DNA of 64,000 bases, taken from positions 2,841,716 through 2,905,715 of the forward strand of contig NZ_AP026867.1 of NCBI RefSeq assembly GCF_026000115.1, written 5' to 3'. Under the pieces are notes generated by a model. It saw only the letters and a list, made by a program, of their open reading frames with translations. It was not told the origin of the DNA and made no database searches. Made by a program: the position numbers and the translations under genes. Positions 41,274 through 49,925 of this stretch are shown here, piece after piece (the stretch's first letter is position 1; every line of letters begins with the position of its first letter). The stretch comes from Aureispira anguillae. Its GTDB lineage: Bacteria > Bacteroidota > Bacteroidia > Chitinophagales > Saprospiraceae.

Positions 41274-41984
41274 TTGAAACGGTCTCATTTTGTTATCGGT
41301 CTTATTTTTTTAGTCTTACTAATTGATCAAGTACTCAAAATTTGGGTAAAACTAAATATGCCATTGGGGGAATCCTTTAAGGTCTTGGGCTTAGATTGGT
41401 TCCACATCCATTTTACAGAGAATAAAGGAATGGCTTTTGGGATTGAGTTTGGCGGGAATTATGGCAAGTTAATTTTAAGTTTATTCCGTATTGGTGTTGT
41501 CTCCTTTATCGCCTATTTCCTAGTCAAATTAATCCGAAAGAAGGCAAGTTTTTTATTATTAGCTTGCATTGCGTTAATTTTTTCAGGAGCAGTTGGCAAT
41601 ATTCTAGACTCTATTTTTTATGGCGTTTGTTTCTCTGATAGTGGCACCTTTCACAATCCCCGTCTAGCTACCTTTATGCCAGCAGAAGGAGGTTATGCAG
41701 GCGTGTTGTATGGCAAAGTAGTTGATATGCTTTATTTCCCATTAATTGAAGGGTTTTGGCCCGAATGGGTTCCTTGGGTGGGTGGAAAATATTTTATGTT
41801 CTTCCAGCCTATTTTTAATATTGCAGATAGTGCCATTAGTCTTGGTGTTTTTATGGCGATTATATTCTATCGTCGTTTCCAAAAAGAATTAGAACCTGCT
41901 ACCACTACTACTAATGGATTGGCAACAACAATGGCTAGTTCACCTGCTTCAGAACCCATAGAAAAAGACGAAGAGAAGGCTTAA
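41274..41984 (+). CDS. lspA: Second lipoprotein signal peptidase paralog (peptidase A8) with a Thr/Ser-rich C-terminal tail.
   Basis: Same motif set (NKGMAFGI .. VVDMLYFPL .. NIADS). About 55% identical to the upstream copy. Confidence 0.75.
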   Translation: MKRSHFVIGLIFLVLLIDQVLKIWVKLNMPLGESFKVLGLDWFHIHFTENKGMAFGIEFGGNYGKLILSLFRIGVVSFIAYFLVKLIRKKASFLLLACIALIFSGAVGNILDSIFYGVCFSDSGTFHNPRLATFMPAEGGYAGVLYGKVVDMLYFPLIEGFWPEWVPWVGGKYFMFFQPIFNIADSAISLGVFMAIIFYRRFQKELEPATTTTNGLATTMASSPASEPIEKDEEKA

Positions 41985-42590
41985 ATAGGGTGATTCAGTA
42001 GTAAAACAAAAACACATTTTAATAATTTCATTAAATTATAAAGTGTTATTTATTAAACCATAGAAGTAAAACTAATTGTTTCTTTTTAATGAAGTGAATA
42101 TTGAAAGTTTTAATCTAGCCCCCATTTTAGAGGCAAAATCGCAAAAGTGGGGTAATCAATACCTGTTGTTCTTTTTGCATTGCCCAAAAAGAACCAAAAA
42201 CGCTAGGACTGGATGACTTCTTGGACAAAGTATCTTCTTAAAAGCTTAGGCTTTCAGAAACTCGCTTCGCTCAGACACCTGAAAACCTTATTTTTCCACA
42301 GGAAAAATAACAGCTTTCTGCGGCGTACTTTGTTCCCAATCAGTCATATGCCCCCAAAAAAACTCTAAAAATGGGTTATGTGATGCTTAGAAAATGATTC
42401 AAAGAAAACTCATTGCCAAACGTCTCGTTGCAAAAATAGTGGCAAATATACTAGGACAAATACATTTCTTTTACTCCTGAAAGTCCCTAAATAAGTAGCA
42501 AAATTAATGCGATATACGCCAAGCAAAATAAACGTTTGTAAACATTAATTTTGCTTGGTTAAGTTAATCCCCATAAATTACACAATTCAT

Positions 42591-44852
42591 CTATTCTTCA
42601 AAAAGCAATTTAAGCATTGGTAAGATGGTTTGAACCCTATTTTTATCCAAATCAACCTGAAAAGTTGAGGGCTGTTTAATATGACCATTCTTAACTAATT
42701 CCAACATTTTTTGGCGTTCTGCTGGAGCAAAAGTAGCAAAGGTACGGCGCAAGGCGGGCAACATCTGTTGAAACTCCTCATCCTTTAAATTATTGACCCA
42801 ATCATCAACAATTTCCCAAAGTGTAGGATTGTGAATTAGCAAGAGCCCACTACCATGCAAAAAGCCCTCTAACCAACTGCTAGACACCAAAATGGCCACA
42901 CTTCTAGATAAGGCATAGCCCATTATATCAACGACCTGCTCCATCTTTAGAATTTCGTGGTCCAATAGCATACGAGCAGCAGCTCCTCTTATTTTTCCAT
43001 CAATGCGTTCTTGCTCAACAATTCGAGCCAACATTTCTTGCCAATTAGAAAGGTGTTTCTCATCATCGAGTAACAACAACGATTTATTAACCGATAATAA
43101 CTGATCAAACATTTCCTGACTAGCATTCTCATCCAAAGAAGAACAAGCGTTTGGCAGAGAAATGCAAATTCTAGGAATCATCTTTTGCAACAAAGCATCT
43201 ACCATCCCAATCTCTGTATTTCGAACATCGCCATAACGATAAATCCGAACCAAAGGGGGCAATGCCCTCATCAAATGATTAATGTCCTTGGTAATTGCAG
43301 CTAAGTTTCTTAGTTCTTGCACCAAATCATTCATGGCCGTTGGCAAATTTGCATGAATGACTTTTTCTAGCAATTGAGTTAATTCTGTCAATGTTTCAGC
43401 GGATGCAGATTGATTGATTACCCAATTAACAGCAGCTTGTTCAATGGTGTTTCCCCACATCCCTGCCTCAATAATTTGCAAGGCAAACTCAGGTCGCCAT
43501 TCCATCTTCCAATATTCATTTTTGGTGCTTAGCTCCCTTCCTGTTGCCGCATCTGGAATGCCCCATCGGATCGACAAAAGATTGAGTCGATGCAAAAATT
43601 GGCTCTGTCTTAAATCGTGTTCTTGCCTTAGATCCAAGCCTCCTTTGGGCTTATTGGCAGTGGCTTTTAGCCAAGTTGCTTCTGTTTTTTTATACTTTTT
43701 TAGTTTTAAAGCTTTGATTTTTAGCTCTAGATCTTGTTGCAATGGAATAATAGGAATCGTATCGGGAACTTCTCCCATTTTATCACCAACAACTAATTTT
43801 TGCCGAATTAAATCCAATTGGCTACGATAGCCCCCTGAAAAAATAGTTAAAACAGCCTCTGACAACTCATCAATTCCTGGCATTTCAAGCCCACGTAAAG
43901 CAGCCAATGTTTCTGCCAAACGGACAGCTTCTATAGCATGAGCAGAACTTGTTTCTAAATCCTCTTGCTTAAACAACTGTGACACATTTGCCATCCATTG
44001 AATCGTTGCATTTTCTCGATTATAAAACAATAGTTCGTACCAAGCTGGCGATAATACTCCTGCTCCATAACCACTTGAAGTAGCAATTCTATCATAAGTC
44101 CATGGAATCCATGTAGCTTTGGTTTTAATTTTTGGAATTCCCTTAAGTAAGGCGTTATCGTCCTTTGTTTTATAAGCCTTCAAATCGTCTAAGGCAGGAG
44201 TATGCCAAGCGCCACAAACCACAGCAATTCGCTCATAGCCCCCTTTAATTGTTTTGCGTAATATTTTGCGCATATAAGCCTCCCGAATCAAGTTGTACGC
44301 CTGTCCTATATTTCCTACTTCCGCTCTTAGTGTTTTCATCAGGTTCAATATCGTTTCAAAAACATCTTCATCCCCTTCTCCTTGTTCGAACATCGCTTCC
44401 CACCAACGTTCACTATCTCGATACCCTGCCAAGTTAGCCATATAACCTAAAGGGTCTTTAACGATTTCATCCACTTCATTATCCCCCTCTGTTTCCAACG
44501 TTTTTAATGCTGTCAATCGATCGGGAACCTCCTCTAGCCCCAAACGCATAGACTGTGGCAGATCCATTTGCACCACAGGAATATTGTGCTGTCCTGCAAA
44601 CAAAAAAGTTTGCCACTCTGGCGAGAAGTCGGTATAAGGATAATAAACGGCCTGTTGTAAATTCTTAGGATTATAAATTAAAGCTGCAACGGGAGCCTTT
44701 AGCCCTTCATCCATTACATAAGGCAATAATGTTGTTAATTCCTCTGCCCCTTCAATCAAAATCACATCAGGTTGATATGATGTTAATGTCTTAATTAAAC
44801 TTTTGGACGATCCTGGCCCATGATGCCTTATTCCTAATAATTTTATTTCCAT
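42591..44852 (-). CDS. Large conserved hypothetical protein, DUF5682-like (TraB/GumN-like N-terminus).
   Basis: N-terminus MEIKLLGIRHHGPGSSKSL..PDVILIEGAEE resembles the RHHGPGSA start of DUF5682 proteins and the TraB/ChaN fold. 753 aa, cytoplasmic. Family assignment is from memory. Confidence 0.45.
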   Translation of the reverse strand: MEIKLLGIRHHGPGSSKSLIKTLTSYQPDVILIEGAEELTTLLPYVMDEGLKAPVAALIYNPKNLQQAVYYPYTDFSPEWQTFLFAGQHNIPVVQMDLPQSMRLGLEEVPDRLTALKTLETEGDNEVDEIVKDPLGYMANLAGYRDSERWWEAMFEQGEGDEDVFETILNLMKTLRAEVGNIGQAYNLIREAYMRKILRKTIKGGYERIAVVCGAWHTPALDDLKAYKTKDDNALLKGIPKIKTKATWIPWTYDRIATSSGYGAGVLSPAWYELLFYNRENATIQWMANVSQLFKQEDLETSSAHAIEAVRLAETLAALRGLEMPGIDELSEAVLTIFSGGYRSQLDLIRQKLVVGDKMGEVPDTIPIIPLQQDLELKIKALKLKKYKKTEATWLKATANKPKGGLDLRQEHDLRQSQFLHRLNLLSIRWGIPDAATGRELSTKNEYWKMEWRPEFALQIIEAGMWGNTIEQAAVNWVINQSASAETLTELTQLLEKVIHANLPTAMNDLVQELRNLAAITKDINHLMRALPPLVRIYRYGDVRNTEIGMVDALLQKMIPRICISLPNACSSLDENASQEMFDQLLSVNKSLLLLDDEKHLSNWQEMLARIVEQERIDGKIRGAAARMLLDHEILKMEQVVDIMGYALSRSVAILVSSSWLEGFLHGSGLLLIHNPTLWEIVDDWVNNLKDEEFQQMLPALRRTFATFAPAERQKMLELVKNGHIKQPSTFQVDLDKNRVQTILPMLKLLFEE

Positions 44853-45019
44853 TCTTAAAATACATTACGCTACTACAAAATCGTATACTATTGATATTCA
44901 AAAATACGACTCCACTAATCAAAACGCTAAAACATTAATTATCAGTAAGATTAATACAATATATTTATCCAAAAAATAAGCGGAGTATTTCAAATACTCA
45001 CTGTGAAATTATAAAAAAA

Positions 45020-46195
45020 TCAACCCATCTTAATGGTGACTTTTCCATCCGCCAAATGCAATATATACTCCTCCCCAGCCTTTAGATCCTCAACCGAACC
45101 AATTAATTTACCTTCTGCATTACTAACAGCCGAAAAGCCCCTAGCTAAAATGGTTCTAGGGTCCAATAAATGCAATTTTTCCGCTATCGCCTCCAAATCT
45201 TGATTGGCTCTTTTTAAACGTTGTTGGGCAGAATGTTTCAAGTGTTCTTCTAGCAAATCTATCTTAGTGGATTCCTGGCGTATTCTCTCTAGTGCTATTC
45301 TTTTTATATCTGATGCATATTGTACAATAGTAGATTCGAATGTCAACATTTTATGAATCAAATAATCTGCTACAGCAGTAGGTGTTTTTAGTTTTTGATA
45401 CGCTACTAAATCGGCTAAAGTCTCATCAATGTCATGACCAATTCCCGTTAGAACAGGCAATTCACAAGTAGCTAGTGCCACACATAAGTCATAATCATCA
45501 AAGCCCATCAGATCTAATCTTGCACCGCCACCTCGAACAAGTACAATGCAATCAAAATCTGCTTTCCTTGCTTCAATTTTTTCAATTTGTTGCATCACTT
45601 CCAAAGGAACATTTACGCCTTGCACCACCGCTTCAAATAATTCATATTGAAATTTATACTGGTGAGGATTGGTATTGATTTGTTGCAAGAAATCTTGTAA
45701 ACCAGCAGCAGTACTTGAAGAAATCACAGCAATTCTCTGCCAGACTAAAGCCGTTGGCAATTGCGCATTTAATGCTGTAAAATGTTCCGCTTCTAGTTTT
45801 TTTTGCGTCTGTAAACGCTTCAATTCTAACTGTCCTATTGTAACAGTAGGATCAATGTCTTGAATTGATAATTTCATTCCAAAATATTCGTGAAACTCAA
45901 CTTGAACACGGAGCAATACTTGGCGTCCAACTTGAAGAATAGACCATAAAGAGTCTCCTATTTTTCGAATAATTTTGTCTAAAGAACGCCCCCAAATCAT
46001 AGCTTCTGCACGAGCCGTAATTTTAAAATCACTTCGCTCTACCAATGACAAATAAACATTTCCTTTGCTGTTTCCCACATCTGCAATTTCACAATTAATC
46101 CAAATGGTCTCCCGCATATTAAATGCTACCACACGTTTTAGATGTTCGTTCAATTCAAAAAGAGAAAAAGAGGTAATTTTATCTTGCCCAGCCAT
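45020..46195 (-). CDS. xseA: Exodeoxyribonuclease VII large subunit.
   Basis: N-terminal OB fold (LSLFELNEHLKRVV..IWINCEIADV) and a C-terminal catalytic region (VLVRGGGARLDLMGFDDYDLC). 391 aa. Confidence 0.85.
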   Translation of the reverse strand: MAGQDKITSFSLFELNEHLKRVVAFNMRETIWINCEIADVGNSKGNVYLSLVERSDFKITARAEAMIWGRSLDKIIRKIGDSLWSILQVGRQVLLRVQVEFHEYFGMKLSIQDIDPTVTIGQLELKRLQTQKKLEAEHFTALNAQLPTALVWQRIAVISSSTAAGLQDFLQQINTNPHQYKFQYELFEAVVQGVNVPLEVMQQIEKIEARKADFDCIVLVRGGGARLDLMGFDDYDLCVALATCELPVLTGIGHDIDETLADLVAYQKLKTPTAVADYLIHKMLTFESTIVQYASDIKRIALERIRQESTKIDLLEEHLKHSAQQRLKRANQDLEAIAEKLHLLDPRTILARGFSAVSNAEGKLIGSVEDLKAGEEYILHLADGKVTIKMG

Positions 46196-46259
46196 TTTTG
46201 AGTATTTATATAAATTGATTCAGAATAGAATAAACAGGATCATTGTTCACTCAAAATAA

Positions 46260-46934
46260 TTAACTTTCGTCAAATTCAAAGATGAACTTAGAATTATTGA
46301 TGGCTCTTTTGAATAGGTGTGGATAATGGCTCTGCATACCTGATTTGATGGTTTCAAATGGAAGATCAGCAAAGGTACCGTGATCTGTAATGTATTCCAT
46401 AAAAGGCTTGCCCTCCTTGTCCGACTTTTGGAAGATGGCATCTTTTTCCCCATCAAAATCTAGTGGTTCTACTCCTAATTTATGGCACAATTCGGTATTA
46501 AATACAGGAGTCGTTTTTATCCAGTTGCCCTCTAAATAGACCTCAGCATACCCATGATAAACTAATACATCTGTTTTTAATGTTTCTTCTAATATTTTTG
46601 TCCCCAAATGGTTTCGGACATTTCCATAGCCCAACCGACAAGGCACGCCCAAAGAACGCACACAAGCCGCAAACAAGTTAGATTTTTCAATACAATGCCC
46701 ATAATCCTTCGTCAACAAATAACTAGCTTTTAAAGCATAGGGTTTTAATATAATATGATAAGGAGAATACCTAAAACCATCTCTAATGGCATAATACAAG
46801 GCAATGACTTGTTCTTTTTTATCCTCAATTCCAATAACTTGCTGTTGGGCATACGCAACCACATCGGGATGATCGCTATTGGTATAAATTCCTGGTCTTA
46901 GATACTCTTCAAATAAATTTTCCATTCTTAACAA
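46260..46934 (-). CDS. Transglutaminase-like cysteine-protease superfamily protein.
   Basis: DYGHCIEKSNLFAACVRSLGVPCRLGYG (Cys), then a downstream His..Asp. 224 aa. Confidence 0.65.
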   Translation of the reverse strand: MLRMENLFEEYLRPGIYTNSDHPDVVAYAQQQVIGIEDKKEQVIALYYAIRDGFRYSPYHIILKPYALKASYLLTKDYGHCIEKSNLFAACVRSLGVPCRLGYGNVRNHLGTKILEETLKTDVLVYHGYAEVYLEGNWIKTTPVFNTELCHKLGVEPLDFDGEKDAIFQKSDKEGKPFMEYITDHGTFADLPFETIKSGMQSHYPHLFKRAINNSKFIFEFDES

Positions 46935-47120
46935 CTAAAATTTAAGTAGAGGACAAACTTAAAATATAAACATAAGCAATAACAAATCGCTTAATCTAGC
47001 ATATAAAATGCTTTTATTCCCCTATAAAAGCAAACGGTACTATAAACGTTTAAAAGTAAACATAAAAAAACCATCTTGAACTATTTCAAGATGGTTTTTT
47101 TAGAAATTATTGTTTGGCAA

Positions 47121-47432
47121 TTATTTAACAACGTTTGCCTCAATATCATAAATAATCATATCATCAGGAACATTTCCGTAGATATTTAAGCTAGAAGCAT
47201 AAGCAGGATCAACTTTTGCTTGAGAAGAATCAAATCTAAACTTGATAAATCCCTTTTGTCCTGGTTTGATGGCACCTCTAGACCAATCCAATGGTTCTGT
47301 ACAAATACATCCCCCTTCTAAATGGAAAATTTTAAAATCATTTTTGCCTGTATTGGTAAATTCAAGCGTATATTCTTCTATTTCTCCAAATTTTACTGGT
47401 CCAATTTTCATAATTGGTGCATCAAAGCCCAA
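47121..47432 (-). CDS. DUF1573 domain segment. It has no ATG start or signal peptide of its own and is probably expressed as a C-terminal extension of the upstream PorE-like protein by a -1 slip at an A10 tract.
   Basis: ..FKIFHLEGGCICTEP .. FIKFRFDSS is typical of DUF1573. The in-frame upstream sequence back to a TGA stop at 47514-47516 contains no ATG, and the track ORF starts at TTG. Inserting one A into the A10 tract puts it in frame with the 764-aa upstream gene. Confidence 0.5.
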   Translation of the reverse strand: MGFDAPIMKIGPVKFGEIEEYTLEFTNTGKNDFKIFHLEGGCICTEPLDWSRGAIKPGQKGFIKFRFDSSQAKVDPAYASSLNIYGNVPDDMIIYDIEANVVK

Positions 47433-47500
47433 AGTTGTTCTAGGTTTATCACCAGGTTTATTTGAGCTAGAACTAGTTGATGCTGCAACCGTGTTAACCT

Positions 47501-49795
47501 CTAGTTTTTTTTTTCAGGCTCTGTTGTTGTTGCTCCCAACGTACCATTGACAATTTTGAATTCTACACGACGGTTAAGTGCACGTCCTTCTGGATTATCT
47601 GAACCATCTGTTTTTTCGTTTTCTGCTGCTGGTTCTGCTTCACCCAAAGCTTTAGGCTGAAGACGATCTTTAGCAACACCTTTACCTACCAAGTAAGCAA
47701 TGGCAGCAGTAGAACGTTTGTTAGAAAGATTCATATTGTATTGATCAGAACCTTTAGCATCGGTATGACCTCTTACCTCTACTACCATTTCAGGATTTTC
47801 ATTCAATGTTTTTAACACCATATCTAAGGTATCAGCTGCTCCTTGTCTAATATCTGATTTATTAAACGAGAAATAAACATTGTAGAATACTGGAGGAGGA
47901 GTCAAGTACATTTTTTGCAACATTCCCAAATCCTTCTTAGCGATAACTCTGCTATCAGCAATATAACCTTCACGGTTAGCAAAAACTTTATAATCTTTAT
48001 CACGTGGTATTACAAAAGAAAACTCATTGCTACTTCCACCACTCAATTGCTTAATCTCTTTTCCTGTAGCAGCATCATAAAGAATTACTGTTACGCCTTC
48101 TAATGCTTCATTGGTTCTTTTGTTAAATGTTTGAACCATCAAACCAAGTTCCTTGATTTTAACTTCCTTAGACAACTCCATAGGTTTTGTCAAGTCTAAA
48201 CCAGCTTCTGTTAAAGCTTCTTTAGTTGCATCAGCAGTTTCAGTACTTCCGCCATGACCATCTTTTTTAGCAACAATGTCATACTTTTTACCCATATCTA
48301 GCATAAAAGTATAATCATTACCTTCTGTATTGGTTTGCTCGTCAACTACTTTTCCTGTTGCTTTATCAATCAATTGAACAGTAGCGCCAATCATAGGCTC
48401 TCCAGTTACCTCATCCATTACGTTAACATTCATCGCAATGTCACAACGCTCAGGCATAATAATAGAGAAGATGTCATCACAACAAGTTTCGCTTTTCAAC
48501 GAAATCGTACCAGGACGGTTAGACAATACATAAGCGTAACAATCATCGTTACCTACTTTGTTAACAATAAAGCTAAAGTCATCTACATAAGTATTGAACC
48601 CAGCACCCATGTTAACGATTTCGCCCATTGTTCCATTGTCAGAACGGTTAGAACGGAAAATATCCCATCCACCATATCCAGGATGTCCATCAGAACTAAA
48701 GTATAAGTTTCCATTTCTTTCATCAAAAAATGGTGTTACATCATCTCCTATTGTATTAACAGCTTCTAGGTTTAACGGCTCTTTAGTAGTACCATCTGCA
48801 TTGATTTCAGCATACCAAATATCCATTCCACCTTTACCGCCTTCCATATTAGAAGTAAACAATAAGTAGTTTTTGTTGTCCCAAGTAGCAAAAGCAGGAT
48901 CTTGACAAGAATAAGAACTAGAGTTAAAATCCAATAATTTAGGATTGCTAACTTGGCTACCATCGTAATCAGCTACATAAATGCGGCTATTTTCCAACTG
49001 GTTACCAATCAATTCTGCACGTACAAAGTAAAATTTAGTTTGATCTTCGTTAAAAGTAGGCTCAACAACGTGCATTCCTTCTTTTTGAAGGGCATCTGCA
49101 TTAAATTCTGTTGCTGCTTCCCACTCTCCTTTATCATTTGCTTTAGCAGTGTAGATTTTAGCATGCTCATAATCTTCTCCTTCCTCTTTAACAATAATAG
49201 TATCTACTCTCAAAGAAGCATAAATAATTTCATTACGACCAATTGGGAAAGCACCTCCCTCAGTAGATGGAGAGTTTACGTTAGGACCAACATTCTCTAT
49301 AATTAATTCTTCTGTTGGTTCAGCGTTATTTTTAGCCCATTTAGCACCATCAATATGGATTTGAGCCATTTTTTTGTAATAATCTGCCTTTGGCGCATCA
49401 TTAGGATATTCTTTGATAAAAGCCTCAAATTCAGGAATACAATTATCATAGTCACCTGTCATCTTCATGGTTCTAGCATGTTGATAACGGCTTAAAGGAT
49501 AATTGGCTTTTTCGTTTAGATCAACTAATTTTTGATACCACTCAGCAGCACTTTTATAATCTCTTAACATTTCATGTGTAGAGGCGATTTTATAAATAGC
49601 TGCACCATCTTTGTTGTTATGAGAATAGGCATTCATGTACCATTCTAAAGCGGTGTAGGTATTTTTTTTATTGAACTCTTCATCACCTATTTTTTCCTTG
49701 GTATCCTTAGATAGGTTATTACTTACGGGTTGTGCATAAGCCGAATGCCCAATAAATAAGAATGTAATAAGGATTAATATATTATTCAGTTTCAT
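47501..49795 (-). CDS. porE: PorE-like T9SS-associated outer-membrane protein: TPR, TolB-like beta-propeller, two carboxypeptidase-regulatory-like domains and an OmpA_C peptidoglycan-binding domain.
   Basis: Signal peptide. TPR repeats in the N-terminal third, TolB/WD40-like blades (..LLFTSNMEGGKGGMDIWYAE.., ..LYFSSDGHPGYGGWDIFRS..), and two CarbopepD_reg-like modules. The C-terminus is the OmpA/MotB motif FNKSDIRQGAADTLDMV..VEVRGHTDAKGSDQYNMNLSNKRSTA. This four-domain order matches P. gingivalis PorE (PG1058). It lies next to a porP/sprF-like gene. Confidence 0.7.
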   Translation of the reverse strand: MKLNNILILITFLFIGHSAYAQPVSNNLSKDTKEKIGDEEFNKKNTYTALEWYMNAYSHNNKDGAAIYKIASTHEMLRDYKSAAEWYQKLVDLNEKANYPLSRYQHARTMKMTGDYDNCIPEFEAFIKEYPNDAPKADYYKKMAQIHIDGAKWAKNNAEPTEELIIENVGPNVNSPSTEGGAFPIGRNEIIYASLRVDTIIVKEEGEDYEHAKIYTAKANDKGEWEAATEFNADALQKEGMHVVEPTFNEDQTKFYFVRAELIGNQLENSRIYVADYDGSQVSNPKLLDFNSSSYSCQDPAFATWDNKNYLLFTSNMEGGKGGMDIWYAEINADGTTKEPLNLEAVNTIGDDVTPFFDERNGNLYFSSDGHPGYGGWDIFRSNRSDNGTMGEIVNMGAGFNTYVDDFSFIVNKVGNDDCYAYVLSNRPGTISLKSETCCDDIFSIIMPERCDIAMNVNVMDEVTGEPMIGATVQLIDKATGKVVDEQTNTEGNDYTFMLDMGKKYDIVAKKDGHGGSTETADATKEALTEAGLDLTKPMELSKEVKIKELGLMVQTFNKRTNEALEGVTVILYDAATGKEIKQLSGGSSNEFSFVIPRDKDYKVFANREGYIADSRVIAKKDLGMLQKMYLTPPPVFYNVYFSFNKSDIRQGAADTLDMVLKTLNENPEMVVEVRGHTDAKGSDQYNMNLSNKRSTAAIAYLVGKGVAKDRLQPKALGEAEPAAENEKTDGSDNPEGRALNRRVEFKIVNGTLGATTTEPEKKN

Positions 49796-49925
49796 TATCC
49801 GAAATAAGTTTAGATTAAGTTGTGGATTACTATACTATATTTAGAAGCTGCTTCTTTAGCTTCTTATAATAAAACAAGATTAGAAATTCACAGTAGCAAA
49901 TTTCTAATCTCAAATTGGAGTTATA

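Noticed and set aside
42470-42500. tgaaagtccc, which resembles the GGAAAGUCCGGGC P4 motif of RNase P RNA
   Set aside because: The flanks lack CGGGC and the partner ACAGAAnCCGGCUUA strand. The region is also far too short of the other conserved RNase P blocks.
43414-43830. 138-aa ORF antisense or out-of-frame inside the DUF5682-like gene. The same applies to 48335-48706, 48953-49306, 10574-10876, 11340-11660, 2288-2539, 17525-17803 and 25896-26147.
   Set aside because: All are embedded in longer ORFs that have recognisable domains and coherent composition. Their translations are low-complexity or Cys/Ser/Arg-rich, typical of spurious alternative-frame ORFs.
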